64,000 nucleotides of DNA, from the NCBI RefSeq assembly GCF_009914755.1, contig NC_060925.1; one strand, written 5' to 3'. The position numbers and the translations under genes were made by a program. Positions 49,165-60,951 of this stretch are shown here, one piece after another. The notes beneath the pieces were generated by a model. It was not told the DNA's origin. It did no database searches and was given only the letters and a program-made list of their open reading frames with translations. The DNA is from the human T2T-CHM13v2.0 reference genome, Homo sapiens. The stretch's first letter is position 1; each line of letters begins with the position of its first letter.

Positions 49165-50387
49165 CCAGCAGCCACCCTCGGGGAGGTGGCGGGACCCCTG
49201 GGCCTCCTGGTCCTGAGATATCTCTGTGCCTCCTGCGTAGCTTAGCTTCCCAGTTGCCTTTGTCTCTGGGTACAACAAATTGAGTCAGTGTCTGTCCCCT
49301 CGCTGGGCATGGGGGCAGGGCCCTGGGGCACACTCTGTACCCCCATCTGGTCTAGAGAAGGCTCGACCAAGGTCCAAAACTCCCCAGAGTCCAGACAGAA
49401 GTGGGGACGAGCAGGGTCCTTTTCGGGGGCTCTTCCTTGGGTTAGGGATTAGGGAACACCCTACACTCAGTTCCTCCTGGGAATAGACTCCGCTGCAAGG
49501 CGAGGGACAGGGAAAGTGGCTGTGGGGTCCACCTTGCCCAGCCAGGCCATGGGCCAACAGGCTCACTCTAGGTAGTTCCATGTGGGTACCCTTCCTCCTT
49601 TTACTAACAGGCTTCCCAGAGGGTGTGTTCTGATCAGACTTCCATCTGCCTGTGGATAAAGCAGAGGTGAGATTTACCTGATTCCTAGGCAGCACGTGTG
49701 AGCTGTGTCCAGCCAGGACCTGGGGCAGAGGCCAGCGTCGACACTGCTAGCCCCACCGCCGTTCTGGGAGGCCGCCCACAGCACTGGCTTCTGCCAGAGT
49801 GTCTGAGTGGCCGGGCGTGCATTAGACAAGAGCTCAGCTTCACGGCTGAGAATACACGGCTCACTGTATTCTCCACTCCCGGAGAAGAGAGCCCAACTGT
49901 GGGCCGGCAGGGTCAGCTTTCACCCTGGGACTGTGGGAAGTCATCACGGACGTTGTGTGTGGCCTGTGCCCCCTGTCTCTGGAGCACCTTCCAGCCAACT
50001 GTGGCTTTTAAATCTCAGAAATGGGAACATGCCTTTGGGCCGAGACATCCCACTCTTGGAGAGAACAGGGGTCTGGTGGGTGGGAGTCTGCTCTGTCCTC
50101 TGCGTGGTGCTTCCTGAAGCTGTGCTGGTCACCACTCGGCCCCGTGGCACATTGCTCAGAATGGCCTCATCCTCACTGAGGTTTGTACAGGATCCAAAAC
50201 AAGACCAGACATAGGCTGAGCATGGACGTGGCTGGAGTCCCTGCTGTGGCTCTGGGGGCATCTTGCCATAGCTGCTGCTGTGATGGTGAAGGTGGGGAAG
50301 GCAGGAGTCTCTGAGAATTCCTGATTCAGAATCTGGGGCAATGCCAAGTTAGGCCCCATTTGGAACCTAGCTTTGAGGCAGTTTTTA

Positions 50388-50528
50388 TTCATCCATCCAT
50401 TTATCCCTCCTTTCATCCATCCATCCATCCATCCATCCATCCATTTATCTATGCATTCATCCATCCATCCATCCATCCATCCATTTATCCATCCATCCAT
50501 CCATTTATCCATCCATCCATCCATCCAT
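50388..50528. repeat. (CATC)n tetranucleotide microsatellite, interrupted
   Basis: CATCCATCCATC... with CATTTATC interruptions; the following sequence weakly resembles an antisense L2/MIR tail. Confidence 0.95.
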
Positions 50529-51764
50529 GGAGATATACTGGCTGTCTCAACCTGCCAAGCAGTGGCTACTCTCTGGCTCCTGAATCCTCTGAGCAGACTC
50601 TCTAAATTAGATCCCATCTCCCAAAGAAGAAATGAAGGCTTGGAGGGGTTCTGACCTCTTTTATAGAGATGGCACTGGTCTACGGTGCTGCCTCCTATGG
50701 CAGGGAGCATGTTGCTCAGGAAGTTACACTTCCCCATGAGGTCTCTAAGAGCAAGGGCCAGTGGCTCCTCAGGACAAGGCTATGTTGCCGTCCGTCGTCC
50801 ATCTGGTTTCTGATGCGTGGCTGGGCCAGGTCCCCTGGGGAGGGCTGCATGGACTCAGCCATAGCGTGGGTCCTTGGCTTCAGAGATGCCTGAGGCCATG
50901 GCCTGAGCCCCAGGAGGTCCCCGTCCTCAGGCAGGAGGGGTTTTGTCCAGAGGCTTGGGCCCATCCTTGGTGCCTGCTTTCCTGCTGTGCCCTCTCTCCC
51001 CTCTACCAAGCCCAGACCAGAAGACAGGCTCTGAGGACGGCTCCCAGGAGAACAAACTAACAGGGGTCATTTCTAAAGGGCCCCTAGTCAGGGAGGTGCC
51101 CAGGAATCACCAGACCAGAGGAGTGAACCAGTCAGCCTGGGGCCGGGGCCAGCCAGGCCAGAGCCAGCTCCAGCTCCAGCGGTGCTCAGATCTGCTCCTC
51201 TTTTCTTCTGAGTGGGAACAGGGGTTGCCCCCACCTGGCCTCCCTGTTTGGTGCATGGTGACCCCTCCCCTGCCACCTGAGGGATCTGCAGCCCTCCTCA
51301 CCCCTGTAGCTCCGTGTCCTCAGGCAATAGCTCTGGAGTGGTGAGCTCTGGGCCAGGCAGGGTCTGGGCCAGGCAGGTGAGGAACGTGGGCCTGGGGAGC
51401 TAAAGCAGGCCCCGGAGCCCTGGGCTGGGTGTGCACATGTGTGTGCTTGTGTGTGTCTACACATGTGTCTGAACCAGTGTTGAAGCCACATGGTTTGCAC
51501 TGTGCTGGCAAAGTGGTCCATGTGCGGCTAGACAGGACGGGCGGGCGGTTCCCCAGGAAGAGAAGCTCCCCACAGCGCGGTCCCCAGGCTGGACCAGAGC
51601 GGGGCTCCCCTGGAAGCAATCCATCATGTGCTGCAGGAGAAACGGGGCAAGGACAATTGCCGGGTGTCTTTTGGAGGCTGGTCCTCAACGCTGGCAACAG
51701 TTTCTCTCGCTATGAGTTGGTCCCAGAGAGCCCCGATTCACCCTTCCGGAAAAGGCAGTCCTGT

Positions 51765-52125
51765 TTGGATCAAAAAATAATTAGCTGAGCTTTAAGTGGG
51801 GGTTTCAAGTACACATTTAATTTACACTGATTAACAGTCATATGCTAAGTAAACACCAGCTGAATATTAAACCCGCACCATTGAGAAGCGTGGAACGCAA
51901 AGTAATATAGAAAACGCAGTAAATACACAGTTTCTATAACCAGTAATTATATTAATAACATGCAGCACTTGTCTTACAAAATGCAAATTAATACGTGCAT
52001 ATCTACGTAGAGATCCAACTTTTGATTTCACATGTTACCAGGGAGGCTTCCTTTGCGAGCTCCACGTTAAAGAAAGCCACAGCTTCTGAAGCAATTAGGC
52101 TGACGCACGGAAAATACAGTAAAAT
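51765..52125. promoter_or_regulatory. Very AT-rich POU/FOX/homeodomain/bHLH enhancer-like element
   Basis: TAATTAG, TGATTAA, CATATG 51839, GTAAACA 51849, GTAAATA 51919, octamer ATGCAAAT 51981 followed by TTAAT and TACGTG 51992. Confidence 0.55.
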
Positions 52126-53749
52126 CAGCCCAGGGACGGCGCTCCCCTTCCCGTGCACTCTCCCAATCTGGGGCCCTTTGTCTGTGAGTTTCTGATCTTA
52201 GAGCTGCCGGGTCCCACTGGGCCCTGCTGCTGTTTCCCATGTGCACCGCTGTGGCTGTCACCGGGACCTGCCACGGTCGTGCCTGTGACAAGTCGTTAGG
52301 ATCTGCCATGGAGATCCACCACCGTATCCCTAAGTGGACGGACTGGCGCTGTCACCACGGGCTGGCGCACTCTCCCTGGGCGGCGTGGTGGGGGGGCAGG
52401 GGGACGCTTTTGAGGGAGCACTCCCATCCCCTCTGGGTGGGCAGTTACAGGAGGCGACGGAGCTGCCTGTCGCTGTGGCAGCTTTGCACATTCTATAGGA
52501 ATAACTTGAAACTTCAAGGAGAAGGATGCCAGGTGGAGGCGTTGTCAGGACGGCCAAGGGCTTCCCAGGGGCTGCAGCATGGAGCTGTGGGCAGCACACT
52601 CCTCCCGCCTCCAGGAATGGCCTTCCTGCCTCATGCCCCAGACCTCCTGCCCCCATGGCCCTTCCCACTTTCCCTTGGCCCCCATGGCCCAAGCTGGGTT
52701 TCCTGGTGTTCTTAAGGTCCCTGCACGGGCACCATTCCAGCTTCACGCAGTCGGCCGGGCATCCTGCACTGGCGAGGAGACCTTGGTGCTGGTCGCGGTG
52801 GAGGAAGGCATGGAGCCCTGGTTGAGATGTGGGCTGACCGCTGCTGACCCCCAGGCCGTTCTCACTCCTCTACCAGGAACCCTGGGTCAGGGGGTAGTGG
52901 GTAGCAAGTATAAAAACTGCTAGAAAAATCCCTTTGCTTCATAAGGAGGGGGATCATCAGTCTAAGCAAATGAAAAAGAAACTCAAATTCTGTCTTAAAA
53001 AACAAAGCAAGACACCAAAGCAAGCCTTTGGTTCATGTGGGTGAATGGAGATTTTGTGTGAACCGACCCCGCCATCCCTGGTAGAAACAGACTGTTTCTT
53101 CCCAGACCCTGAAGCCTGCCTGTGGGCCCTGAGGCCTCACATCAAACTCCAGGGGGTGCTCCATGTGGGTACCAAGCTCTAGGGGCCAGCCTGGCATCCC
53201 CCCGACCTCTCAGGGGCTCTGGAGTCTTCCTTAGGGACCCCAGATTGGAGAGAGGCTGCCGTCCTGCGGACCTCTCCAGGAAGGGCCCCGGGAGAGGCAT
53301 CTCTCCGGAGGCGTCCAGAGCTGGCTCAAACACCGGCCAAGGCAGGCGGTGGGACCCGGGGCCCATGGCTCCTTTCTTGGAGGGTTTTGAAAGAAAATAA
53401 AATAGGGGAAAGAAAATCCAGGCTGCAGGGCTTGGCCGCGGCTGCCGTGTGGCTTCGCCCGATTAGCATGGTCTCCGCGAGGACTTGGGTTCGGGTTTGC
53501 GGTGTTATTGCCCTGTTATCTGCGTGGTTGGTGGTATCGCTGTACACAGATTTGCACCGTGGTGTTCTCTGAGGGAGCAGAAAAGGGGCCCCTCCATTGT
53601 TCCCGAGGCACTTGCTCCTGCGACCAGCACCTTCCATCTGTTTTCCTTTTTCCTTCCTCCCGATACAGCAGCGTTGCCGCGTCTCACCCGGAGGAGGGAG
53701 GGCCGCAGGCTCCCAGCACGGCCGCCGGCCTCGCCTTCCCCGCTCCTGA

Positions 53750-54620
53750 AAAATGAGATCATTTCAAACAGCGCCGTTTTCCACTTTGCAAAATGTGCTT
53801 GCGTTTGGGGGAGCAAATGTTTCACCTTTTATTCAAATAAAATCTAGGTGGTTGCAAGGCTTCGGGGATTCAGTGAGAGACCAGCCTGGCCTCAGCTCAG
53901 GGACGCAGCTGATTTTGCTTTTCCTTTCCCTGACCCTCCAGAGCAGCAGGCACCCCTGCGTTACCCTTGTCTTCCTCTTCAGAGCTGCTCGGTGTAATGG
54001 ATTTCTTTAAATTAATAAAGCGTAGAAGGAGATTTACAACACATTGCTAAAATATTGTCTTTGCCTTTTATTCATGCATTTGTCACTGTGGTCTCTAATC
54101 GAGGTGCTCAGAGAAGGGATAAATAATGAAGAGAGAAAACAGCTCTGTCATAATCCAGGACCATTTGCAAATTCATCACCGATATTCTTGGGGAAGGAAA
54201 GACAGAGGAGATGACAAATATCCCACCTTGCTAATATATCTCGTTGATTTCCTCTCCCATTTATTTAGATAACCTACTTTGAGCCGTGATAGAATGAGGG
54301 TCCCGGGCTGCTCTGAGCAACAGATGGGGCTGTCTGCAGGGCTCCCGGGCAGCAGGACAGTTTCCACGCGTTTGATGGTGGCCACTTTGAGTGTTAATTG
54401 TGATCGGTTTGATTTTAGGTGACTTTGGGGGAAATGATTCTTGGAGGGAAATGGTCAAAGGTGATTTCTGCAGCAAATCCTCTCTCTGCCTGCGGAGGTA
54501 AAAGTAGCCATTGCTTCTATTTTTATGGCTGGATTTAAGTCAATGCCTATCCTTAAGAAGAAGGATGGACCCAAAGCCAAATATATACCCCCAAAAGAAG
54601 GACAAAATGGTTTTCTAGTT
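53750..54620. promoter_or_regulatory. Extended AT-rich enhancer-like block
   Basis: Non-repeat; TAATGG, AATTAATAAA, CTGTCATAATCC, palindrome ATTTGCAAAT, AGATAA, TTTATGG, GGATTTA. Confidence 0.45.
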
Positions 54621-55328
54621 TGGAGGGGTTTTGTTTGCTGTCACCCCTCCTCCTGGTAGAGGCAGGAGCTATGCATTTGGAGGTTTCCCTCTCTCTCTCT
54701 AGATGATTTTTAACTGACAGGAACTGGGAAGGAGGGAAACAAATCTGCTTTGGGAATTTTTTCTCCAGACCAGAGAAGGTTGGACCCGTTCAGAGAAGCC
54801 TCCGTCCTTCAGCTCCAGGTCAGGCTCACTACCCAGCCCCTGCCCGGCTCAAGCAGTGGCCACAGCTCAAAGCCAGAGTCCCAGGGCCCACATGGGCTTT
54901 TGCTTTTAGCTCTTCGAGGGGGGAAGCAGAGGAAGTGGCTTCTGTCTGAGCCTCTGCACCAACCGTGTGGCCTGAGAGAAGCAGGTGGGGGCGTCAGCTC
55001 TGGGGCGGCCTCCAGCTGCCTCGGTGGGGACACGGGGTCTCCCAGCGTGTCAGGACGGAGGGTGCTGTAGGACTATGGAGTTAGCGTGTGGCGCAAGCTG
55101 TAAGCCAGTGAGTGTCTGGTTAGAGGCTGGGCTGGGGCTGAGCACGAGGGCCAAGAGGTGACCGCCGGCCAGAACCAGCCGTGGCTGCCCAGTCGCCCAG
55201 ATGGTGGTCCCAGGGCAGGGAGTGTTAGCACCTGCCGGGCTCAGCCTGGGCGGCTCAGAGGGCGGGACCTGGAGAAGGAGGGCCGCTCGGCAACCGCTGA
55301 GCCGGCGCAAGAGCTCAGGCCCTCAGGG

Positions 55329-55412
55329 AGCGTGGCCAGATCCGGCAGATGAAATCCAGGACACCCAGTTCAATTTGAATTTCAGATACACAGCACACAA
55401 GTACGTCCCAAA
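55329..55412. mobile_element. MER53 half element
   Basis: GCCAGAT..CAGGACACCCAGTTCAATTTGAATTTCAGATA..AAGTACGTCCCAAA matches one arm of MER53 and the copy at 57957. Confidence 0.75.
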
Positions 55413-56039
55413 CACAGCCAGCATTTTGTTGTGTTTACCGCATTTATTCTATTGATTGACTGAATTTACAGCATTTGATCTGGGGACCTGCCCCCAGGCT
55501 CCCAGGCCTTTTGCGATCCCATTAAAAAAAAAAAAAAAAAACACCTTTGTGGGGGCTGGGGGTTGATTGTCTCTTGAAAACAGACATGGGCCAGATCCAG
55601 TTGTTTGGTAGGATAAGGTCTTTATGGGCAGAAAAGAGATGATAGATGAGAAAAAAAAGAGACTGTAGGTTACAGAGAAGTCATGGGTGGGGAATTACAG
55701 GGAAAGTGGACCTGTCGGCTCTGTTCATGGACAGTATGGTGGGGCCTGAACAGACTTCCCCAGAAAGTTCCCAGATTCGCACCTGCTGGACTGGGAGGCG
55801 TCTCAGCAAATACCCACAGGAGGCTGTGTTTGGCCACTAGCGGAGATGGCCCCAGAGACAACACCCAGATGGACAGAGCTCGTCGGTTGGCTGAGGCTGG
55901 GGATGTGTCCAGGGTCACCGAGGCCATCTGGCCTCCCCCAGCACCGCCGGGCTGGATGCTTTAGCCCCAGCACCAACTATGCCATCTTCCTCCCACTTAA
56001 ACCTCTCTTTTGACAGAGGACAGATATATTACGAAAATT

Positions 56040-56260
56040 ACAAAATAATTACAAATGATAAAAACAATGACTGCTCATTGCAGAAAATACAGAAACAGAT
56101 TTTGAAATGGAAAACCTTGCCTCTCCTCATCTCAAGATAATATCTGGTATACTTTTTCAGTCCTGTGCATGCATCATATAGATAGACACACATAAATGAT
56201 TTCTGGTGTGGAATACCTGATACACGGTTGTGCCCGTTCTGTATTGGCAAACACACCCGC
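56040..56260 (-). mobile_element. Possible ancient L1ME-type 3' fragment
   Basis: AT-rich, TGCTCATTGCAGAAAAT..TGGTATACTTTTTCAG pattern; weak resemblance only. Confidence 0.3.
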
Positions 56261-56754
56261 TTGCCACCATCCCCGTAACGGGATAGTGATCCTCTCTCAT
56301 TTGACCGAGTCACGCTCTCCATCAACAGACCTCTGGGCATTCTAGAGGCACACTGCGAAGGGGAAAAGGGCCTGACCTCAAGGGGGTTGCTTTCCCAAAA
56401 GGGAAGCCAGGCTCAGCTGAATTTTAAAACTTGTCTTCTGCTGAAAATGTACTGTGATCATTTACATCTGAGGTATTTAAATTTTCATTTAAAATTTAAA
56501 TGTAATTAAATTTAAAATAATTTTAAAACAAAATAAAAATCTAATTAAAACATTTTTAAAACCTATTTTCTCGCCTATACCTAAGTCACTGATATTTCAA
56601 TATTTTTGCTGAGTCATTTGAATCTTAAAATTCAATTTTGTTCTCATGGCGAGAAGGCACGATGACTTTACAATCTCATCGCCATGGGCTCAACCAGCTG
56701 TTATGGGGGGAAAAGAGGAGACTGAGCTGATGGGTTTGTTGGAGATTTTTCTTT

Positions 56755-57168
56755 TTCTTTTTTCTCTCTTTCTTTCTTTCTTTCTCTTTCTCTTTTTTTC
56801 TCTTTCTTTCTTTCTTCCTTTTCTTTCTTCCCTTTCTTCCCTTTTTTCTTTCTTTCTTTCTTTCTTTTCTTTCCTTCTTTTTTTTTTTTTGAGACAGAGT
56901 CTTGTTCTGTTGCCCAGGCTGGAGTACAGTGTCCTGATCTCAGCTCACTGCAACCCCCGCCTCCTGGGTTCAAGCAATTCTCCCTGCCCCAACCTCCCGA
57001 GTAGCTGGAAGGCGCCTGCCACCACATCTGGCTAAGTTTTGTAGTTTTTAGTAGAGACGGGGTTTCCCCCATGTTGGCCAGGCTGGTCTCGAACTCCTGA
57101 CCTCAGGTGATCCACCCGCCTTGGCCTCCCAGATGCTGGGATTGCAGGTGTGGCCACCATGCCAGGCC
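56755..57168 (-). mobile_element. Full-length Alu (AluSx-like), antisense, with tail expanded into a ~135-bp CTTT-rich tract
   Basis: Alu body 56891-57168; pyrimidine tract 56755-56890; TSD AGATTTTTCTTT at 56743-56754 and 57170-57181. Confidence 0.97.
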
Positions 57169-57372
57169 AAGATTTTTCTTTAGGAAGTATGGAAAGTGAG
57201 CCCCTGATCGGTATTCCGCCAGGGACAGCCTTGAGACCTTGGGCTGGGGGACCCTGAAGCAGACAGGGAGGCTGGAGGTACACAGGGCGGCATGAGAACC
57301 GAAGCCAGATGCCTGTCCTGGCACCTGAGCTGTGTGTTACCGGCGCAGCACCAGGCCACTTGCAGAAGTACT

Positions 57373-57755
57373 GCTGCATTCGCCAGCAAGGGCCGCCATC
57401 ACGATGCGCCTCGCAGACCGCAGGGCTTGAGCAACAGGAACTTACCTCCACCATCTGGAGGTGGGAGGCCCAAAGACACAGTATCAGCAGGCTGGCTCCT
57501 CCCAAGGCCTCTCTCCTTGGCTCATAGATGGCATCTCCTTCTGGTGTCCTCACAGGGCCTTCCCTCTGTGTGTCTGTGTCCTCATCTCCTCTTCATACAA
57601 GGACACCAGTCAGATTGGATCAGGGCCCACCCTAGTGACCTCACTTTTCCTTATGACCCCTTTAAAGACCTCATCTCCACATGCAGTCCCATTCTGATAT
57701 CCTGGGGATTGAGACTTCAAGGTGTGAATTTGGGAGGACACAGTCAGCCCACACG
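57373..57755 (-). mobile_element. MLT1-family (ERVL-MaLR) solo LTR
   Basis: GGCCTCTCTCCTTGGCT..GATGGC, GTCCTCACAGGGCCTTCCCTCTGTGTGTCTGTGTCCTCATCTCCTCTT, AAGGACACCAGTCAGATTGGATCAGGGCCCACCCTAGTGACCTCA, TGAATTTGGGAGGACACAGTCAGCCCA. Confidence 0.9.
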
Positions 57756-57956
57756 GGTGGGTGGTGGGCCAGTGTGTAGGAGGAAGAAGTTGAGTTGGAG
57801 TCCAGGTGGCCTGATCCGGACACTGTCCTGGGACACATTTTGTCAAGGTCTAACACTTGCTAAGAGGTTAGTAGGGGTACCTGGTACTGCCCAGAGGGAC
57901 CACGAGAGGCACTTACCCCATCGAAGTGGGCTCAGGCGAAAGGAGTGTCCAGACTC

Positions 57957-58137
57957 AGAGTGCCAGAGAAAATACAGGACACCCAGTAAACTTTACCTTT
58001 CAGATCAACCACAAATACTTTTATAGTATAAGCATGTCCCAAATATTTCACGGGACATACTTACACTAAAAAAATCATCCACCGCGTATCTGAAATGCAA
58101 AACTAACTTGGTGTTCTGTATTTTTATTTCCTAACCC
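57957..58137. mobile_element. Near full-length MER53 palindromic DNA-transposon derivative
   Basis: AAAATACAGGACACCCAGT...TAGTATAAGCATGTCCC-loop-GGGACATACTTACACTA...ACTTGGTGTTCTGTATTTT is self-complementary and matches the MER53 consensus as recalled. Confidence 0.85.
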
Positions 58138-58899
58138 AGCTGTGTTGGGCTGAGATTCACACACTCAGTGTCAGGCAGGAGTTCATGGGGGGCACCAGCC
58201 ATGGGCAGCCGGGCATTTCTGAGCTCCCGCAGCCAGAGGCCTTGCCCTTGGCACACAGAGCTGGGTGGGCCCTGTGGGGACCAGCCCCTGGGGATCCCCG
58301 GTGAGGCCGCGGTTCCTGCCCTGGTGTCGATTGAATGGGCTGGGCAGGCAGGATGTGTTGGAGGGAGGATGTGCCGTTGGCTGGTGTGGGAGCATTTGCG
58401 CCTCCAGTATGACCACCTGAGACCCCACACCTGGTGTGCTGGGTCCCTGGTGCTCAGCAAGTCTCAGTCCCTGGCTGGGGGAGGGGGCTTTGGCCTGAGC
58501 TGCCACATCATCCTCATTGATGAACTCACCGGGCATTCCTGGGTGCCACCGTGACATTGTGGAGCACAGGAAGGACAAGGACCCTCACAGAGTGTCCTCC
58601 TGCTTTGTCCAGGGTAAGGGCGACACAAGGGGATGGGACAGGGAATGGCTTGGGTCACAGAGAACAACACAGTCTCCTCTTCACTGCCCACGAGGTGCAG
58701 GTGCAGGGGAGGCCTCTGGACATGGTCTGGGTGAGAAGCGCCATCTGGGTCCCTGCCCTAGAACCCCGTCTGGGGCTGACATCAAGACCCTGATGATGAC
58801 GGTGACCCTTGGCTCAAGACAGCTTTGCCTCAGGTGCTGTGCAGTGGGAACTGCAAGAATGGGCCCATTTACTTCTCCCGGCTTCATGGGCGGGGCACT

Positions 58900-59005
58900 G
58901 TTGCCACCTGCACTTCCAGACAGGGTAGCTGGGCTCAGAGAGGTCAAGCACCTTGTCCAAGGCCACACAGCCAGCAAGAGGCTGAGCCTGGGTGTGAGCC
59001 CTGAG
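58900..59005 (-). mobile_element. MIR SINE fragment
   Basis: GGCTCAGAGAGGTCAAGCACCTTGTCCAAGGCCACACAGCCAGCAAG. Confidence 0.7.
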
Positions 59006-60189
59006 CTGTTTTTCGGGCAGGATGCAGCCGGTGGCTTTCGTTTCTTTATTTTCCCCTACTCCCTTGACAATGCTGCCCGTCTATTCGGAGACCCTGAAAT
59101 GGGGGGAAAAGGCAGAGACTGGTAACCCCCACCTCCACCAAACCCTCAGGCAGGAGCCGGGAGGGGACGTTTTGCTGCCCCCACTCCCTGCCCCAGCCCT
59201 TTCCTCTCCCGAGAAAGATGGGGCTCAGCTGAGGACAGCTGACAGGTGAGGGAGGCGAGCAGGAAGGAGCCAGCGCGGAAAGTTCCGGCAGAACAGGCAG
59301 TTTTCAAAGTTTCTCAAAAGACGGCGAAGGAGCGCTTCGGCTCTCACCAGCAAACACACACACACAACACGCTCGAAAGTGCTCAGGGAAAAGTTTATTG
59401 GAAACTTGGCCCCAGAGCCGGGGAGGGTTCTTTGTTTGCCGGTCACAGCCACACCAAGTACAAACCGAGGTGGTTTCCCACATCTTGTCAAAGGACGGCA
59501 TTTCCTCTCTCCTTTCTCCTCAAGCTGATTAGCGGGTCGGGCAATGGCGTGAGGAGATGCTGGGGGTAGGAAAATGGGGGTCATTTTGGAAAACCTCTTT
59601 GTGGATGGGTCGGGAATGGGGAGAAAATGAATAGTTATAAGCTCATTTCCATAGAAACTGTCTCATTATCATGCTGGCTGCCCGCTGGACCAGGCAGGGC
59701 TTCTTGCCAGCACCAGCTCCACAATTAAATGTCCCCTGCCCGCCCGGCGCGGAGAGGCCGGTCAGCAGAGAGGGCTCCAGCCCCAGCAGGCCCGGCCGCG
59801 GGAGCCTCGAGATTCTTTTTCTTGAAATACCAGAGGTTGGTGGAGGGATTTTTGCGGCACCTGAACAGTCCTAAGCAGGCCCATGCCAGCGGCGTCCCAG
59901 CTCCTGGGTGCAGGATCTGGTGCGCCTGTCTCCATGAGGATTTGGACCACGTTCGGCAGAGCAGGTCTCCCAGGCTTCCCTAAAGATGTTTAACAAAAAC
60001 AGTGGAGATGATTGGGTTTGGAGTCGCTTCCTGGGCAGAGCTGCTCGTGTTCGGGCAGCGCTCAGGGCACTCGGTTGGACGTCGCCAGGGTGGCTCGGCC
60101 CCTCCACGTGGGGCCTCCACACCACCTCTCAGGGGCTGCCACCCCTTCCCGTCCCCCTAGACCCCAAGACCCCAAAACCACACATGGGC

Positions 60190-60490
60190 TAATTGTGGTA
60201 AAATATACAAATGTAATCTTTGTCATTTTAACCACCCGTGAGCGTGGCATTAGGTGGCGTTCAATATGCCCGGGCCACTGCGGAACCATCACCCCTCTCT
60301 GTGCCCAGGATTTTCCCGTCACCCCCCAGGAAAACCCCGTGCCCGGTAAATAGTGACTCTGCGTCCCTCCTCCCGAGTCCCGGGACTTTCTCATCACCCG
60401 CCACAGAAACTCCGTGCCCGGTAAATAGTGACTCTGCCTCCCTCCTCCCGCAGCCGCGAAGCCTCGGTTCCACTTTCTTTCCCTGTGGAT
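60190..60490 (-). mobile_element. L1M (L1MA/MB-like) 3' end fragment with internal 75-bp tandem duplication
   Basis: ATTGTGGTAAAATATAC..CATTTTAACCA..GTGGCATTA..AACCATCACC signature; CCGTGCCCGGTAAATAGTGACTCTGC at 60337 and 60412. Confidence 0.7.
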
Positions 60491-60951
60491 AGGCCGGCTT
60501 GTGTGTTGAAGATGGAAAAGCTCATCCCAGGGAAGCAAGCATATTCACAACTCCCAAGAGAGCTGCAGCAGGCCCAGCAGAGCCCACTCCTGCCCCTTCC
60601 CCCCGGCTGAGGTCGCAGGCCCACGAAGGTCGTCATTACGGATTTATTAACCCCCTTTCCCTGGCTTTGTGAGAGGCCTGGTCTGGAAAATGACCAGGCT
60701 CCCAGGAAGTGAATCATTTAGGATTGACAGCGGCGAGCCCGTGCGCCGATGGAGGCGAATCAGGGAGCAGATGAGTGGTGTGGAAAACGCGGAGCCAGGC
60801 TCGGTCGGCAGCCACGCCCCCTCCTTCACCCTCCAGTCCTCCTGTGTGGCAGGGACCTGGTGACGCCTGTGTGACCATCGAAGCCACACAGGCAGCCAGA
60901 GAGGTCAAGGGTCCAGGGTCAAAGCGGCACCTCCGCAGGAGTGGTGTCAGG

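Noticed and set aside
41573-57168. Oppositely oriented Alus (41573 -, 48383 +, 56755 -) as dsRNA/editing substrate
   Set aside because: Separated by 6.5-8 kb and diverged; generic feature with little expected pairing
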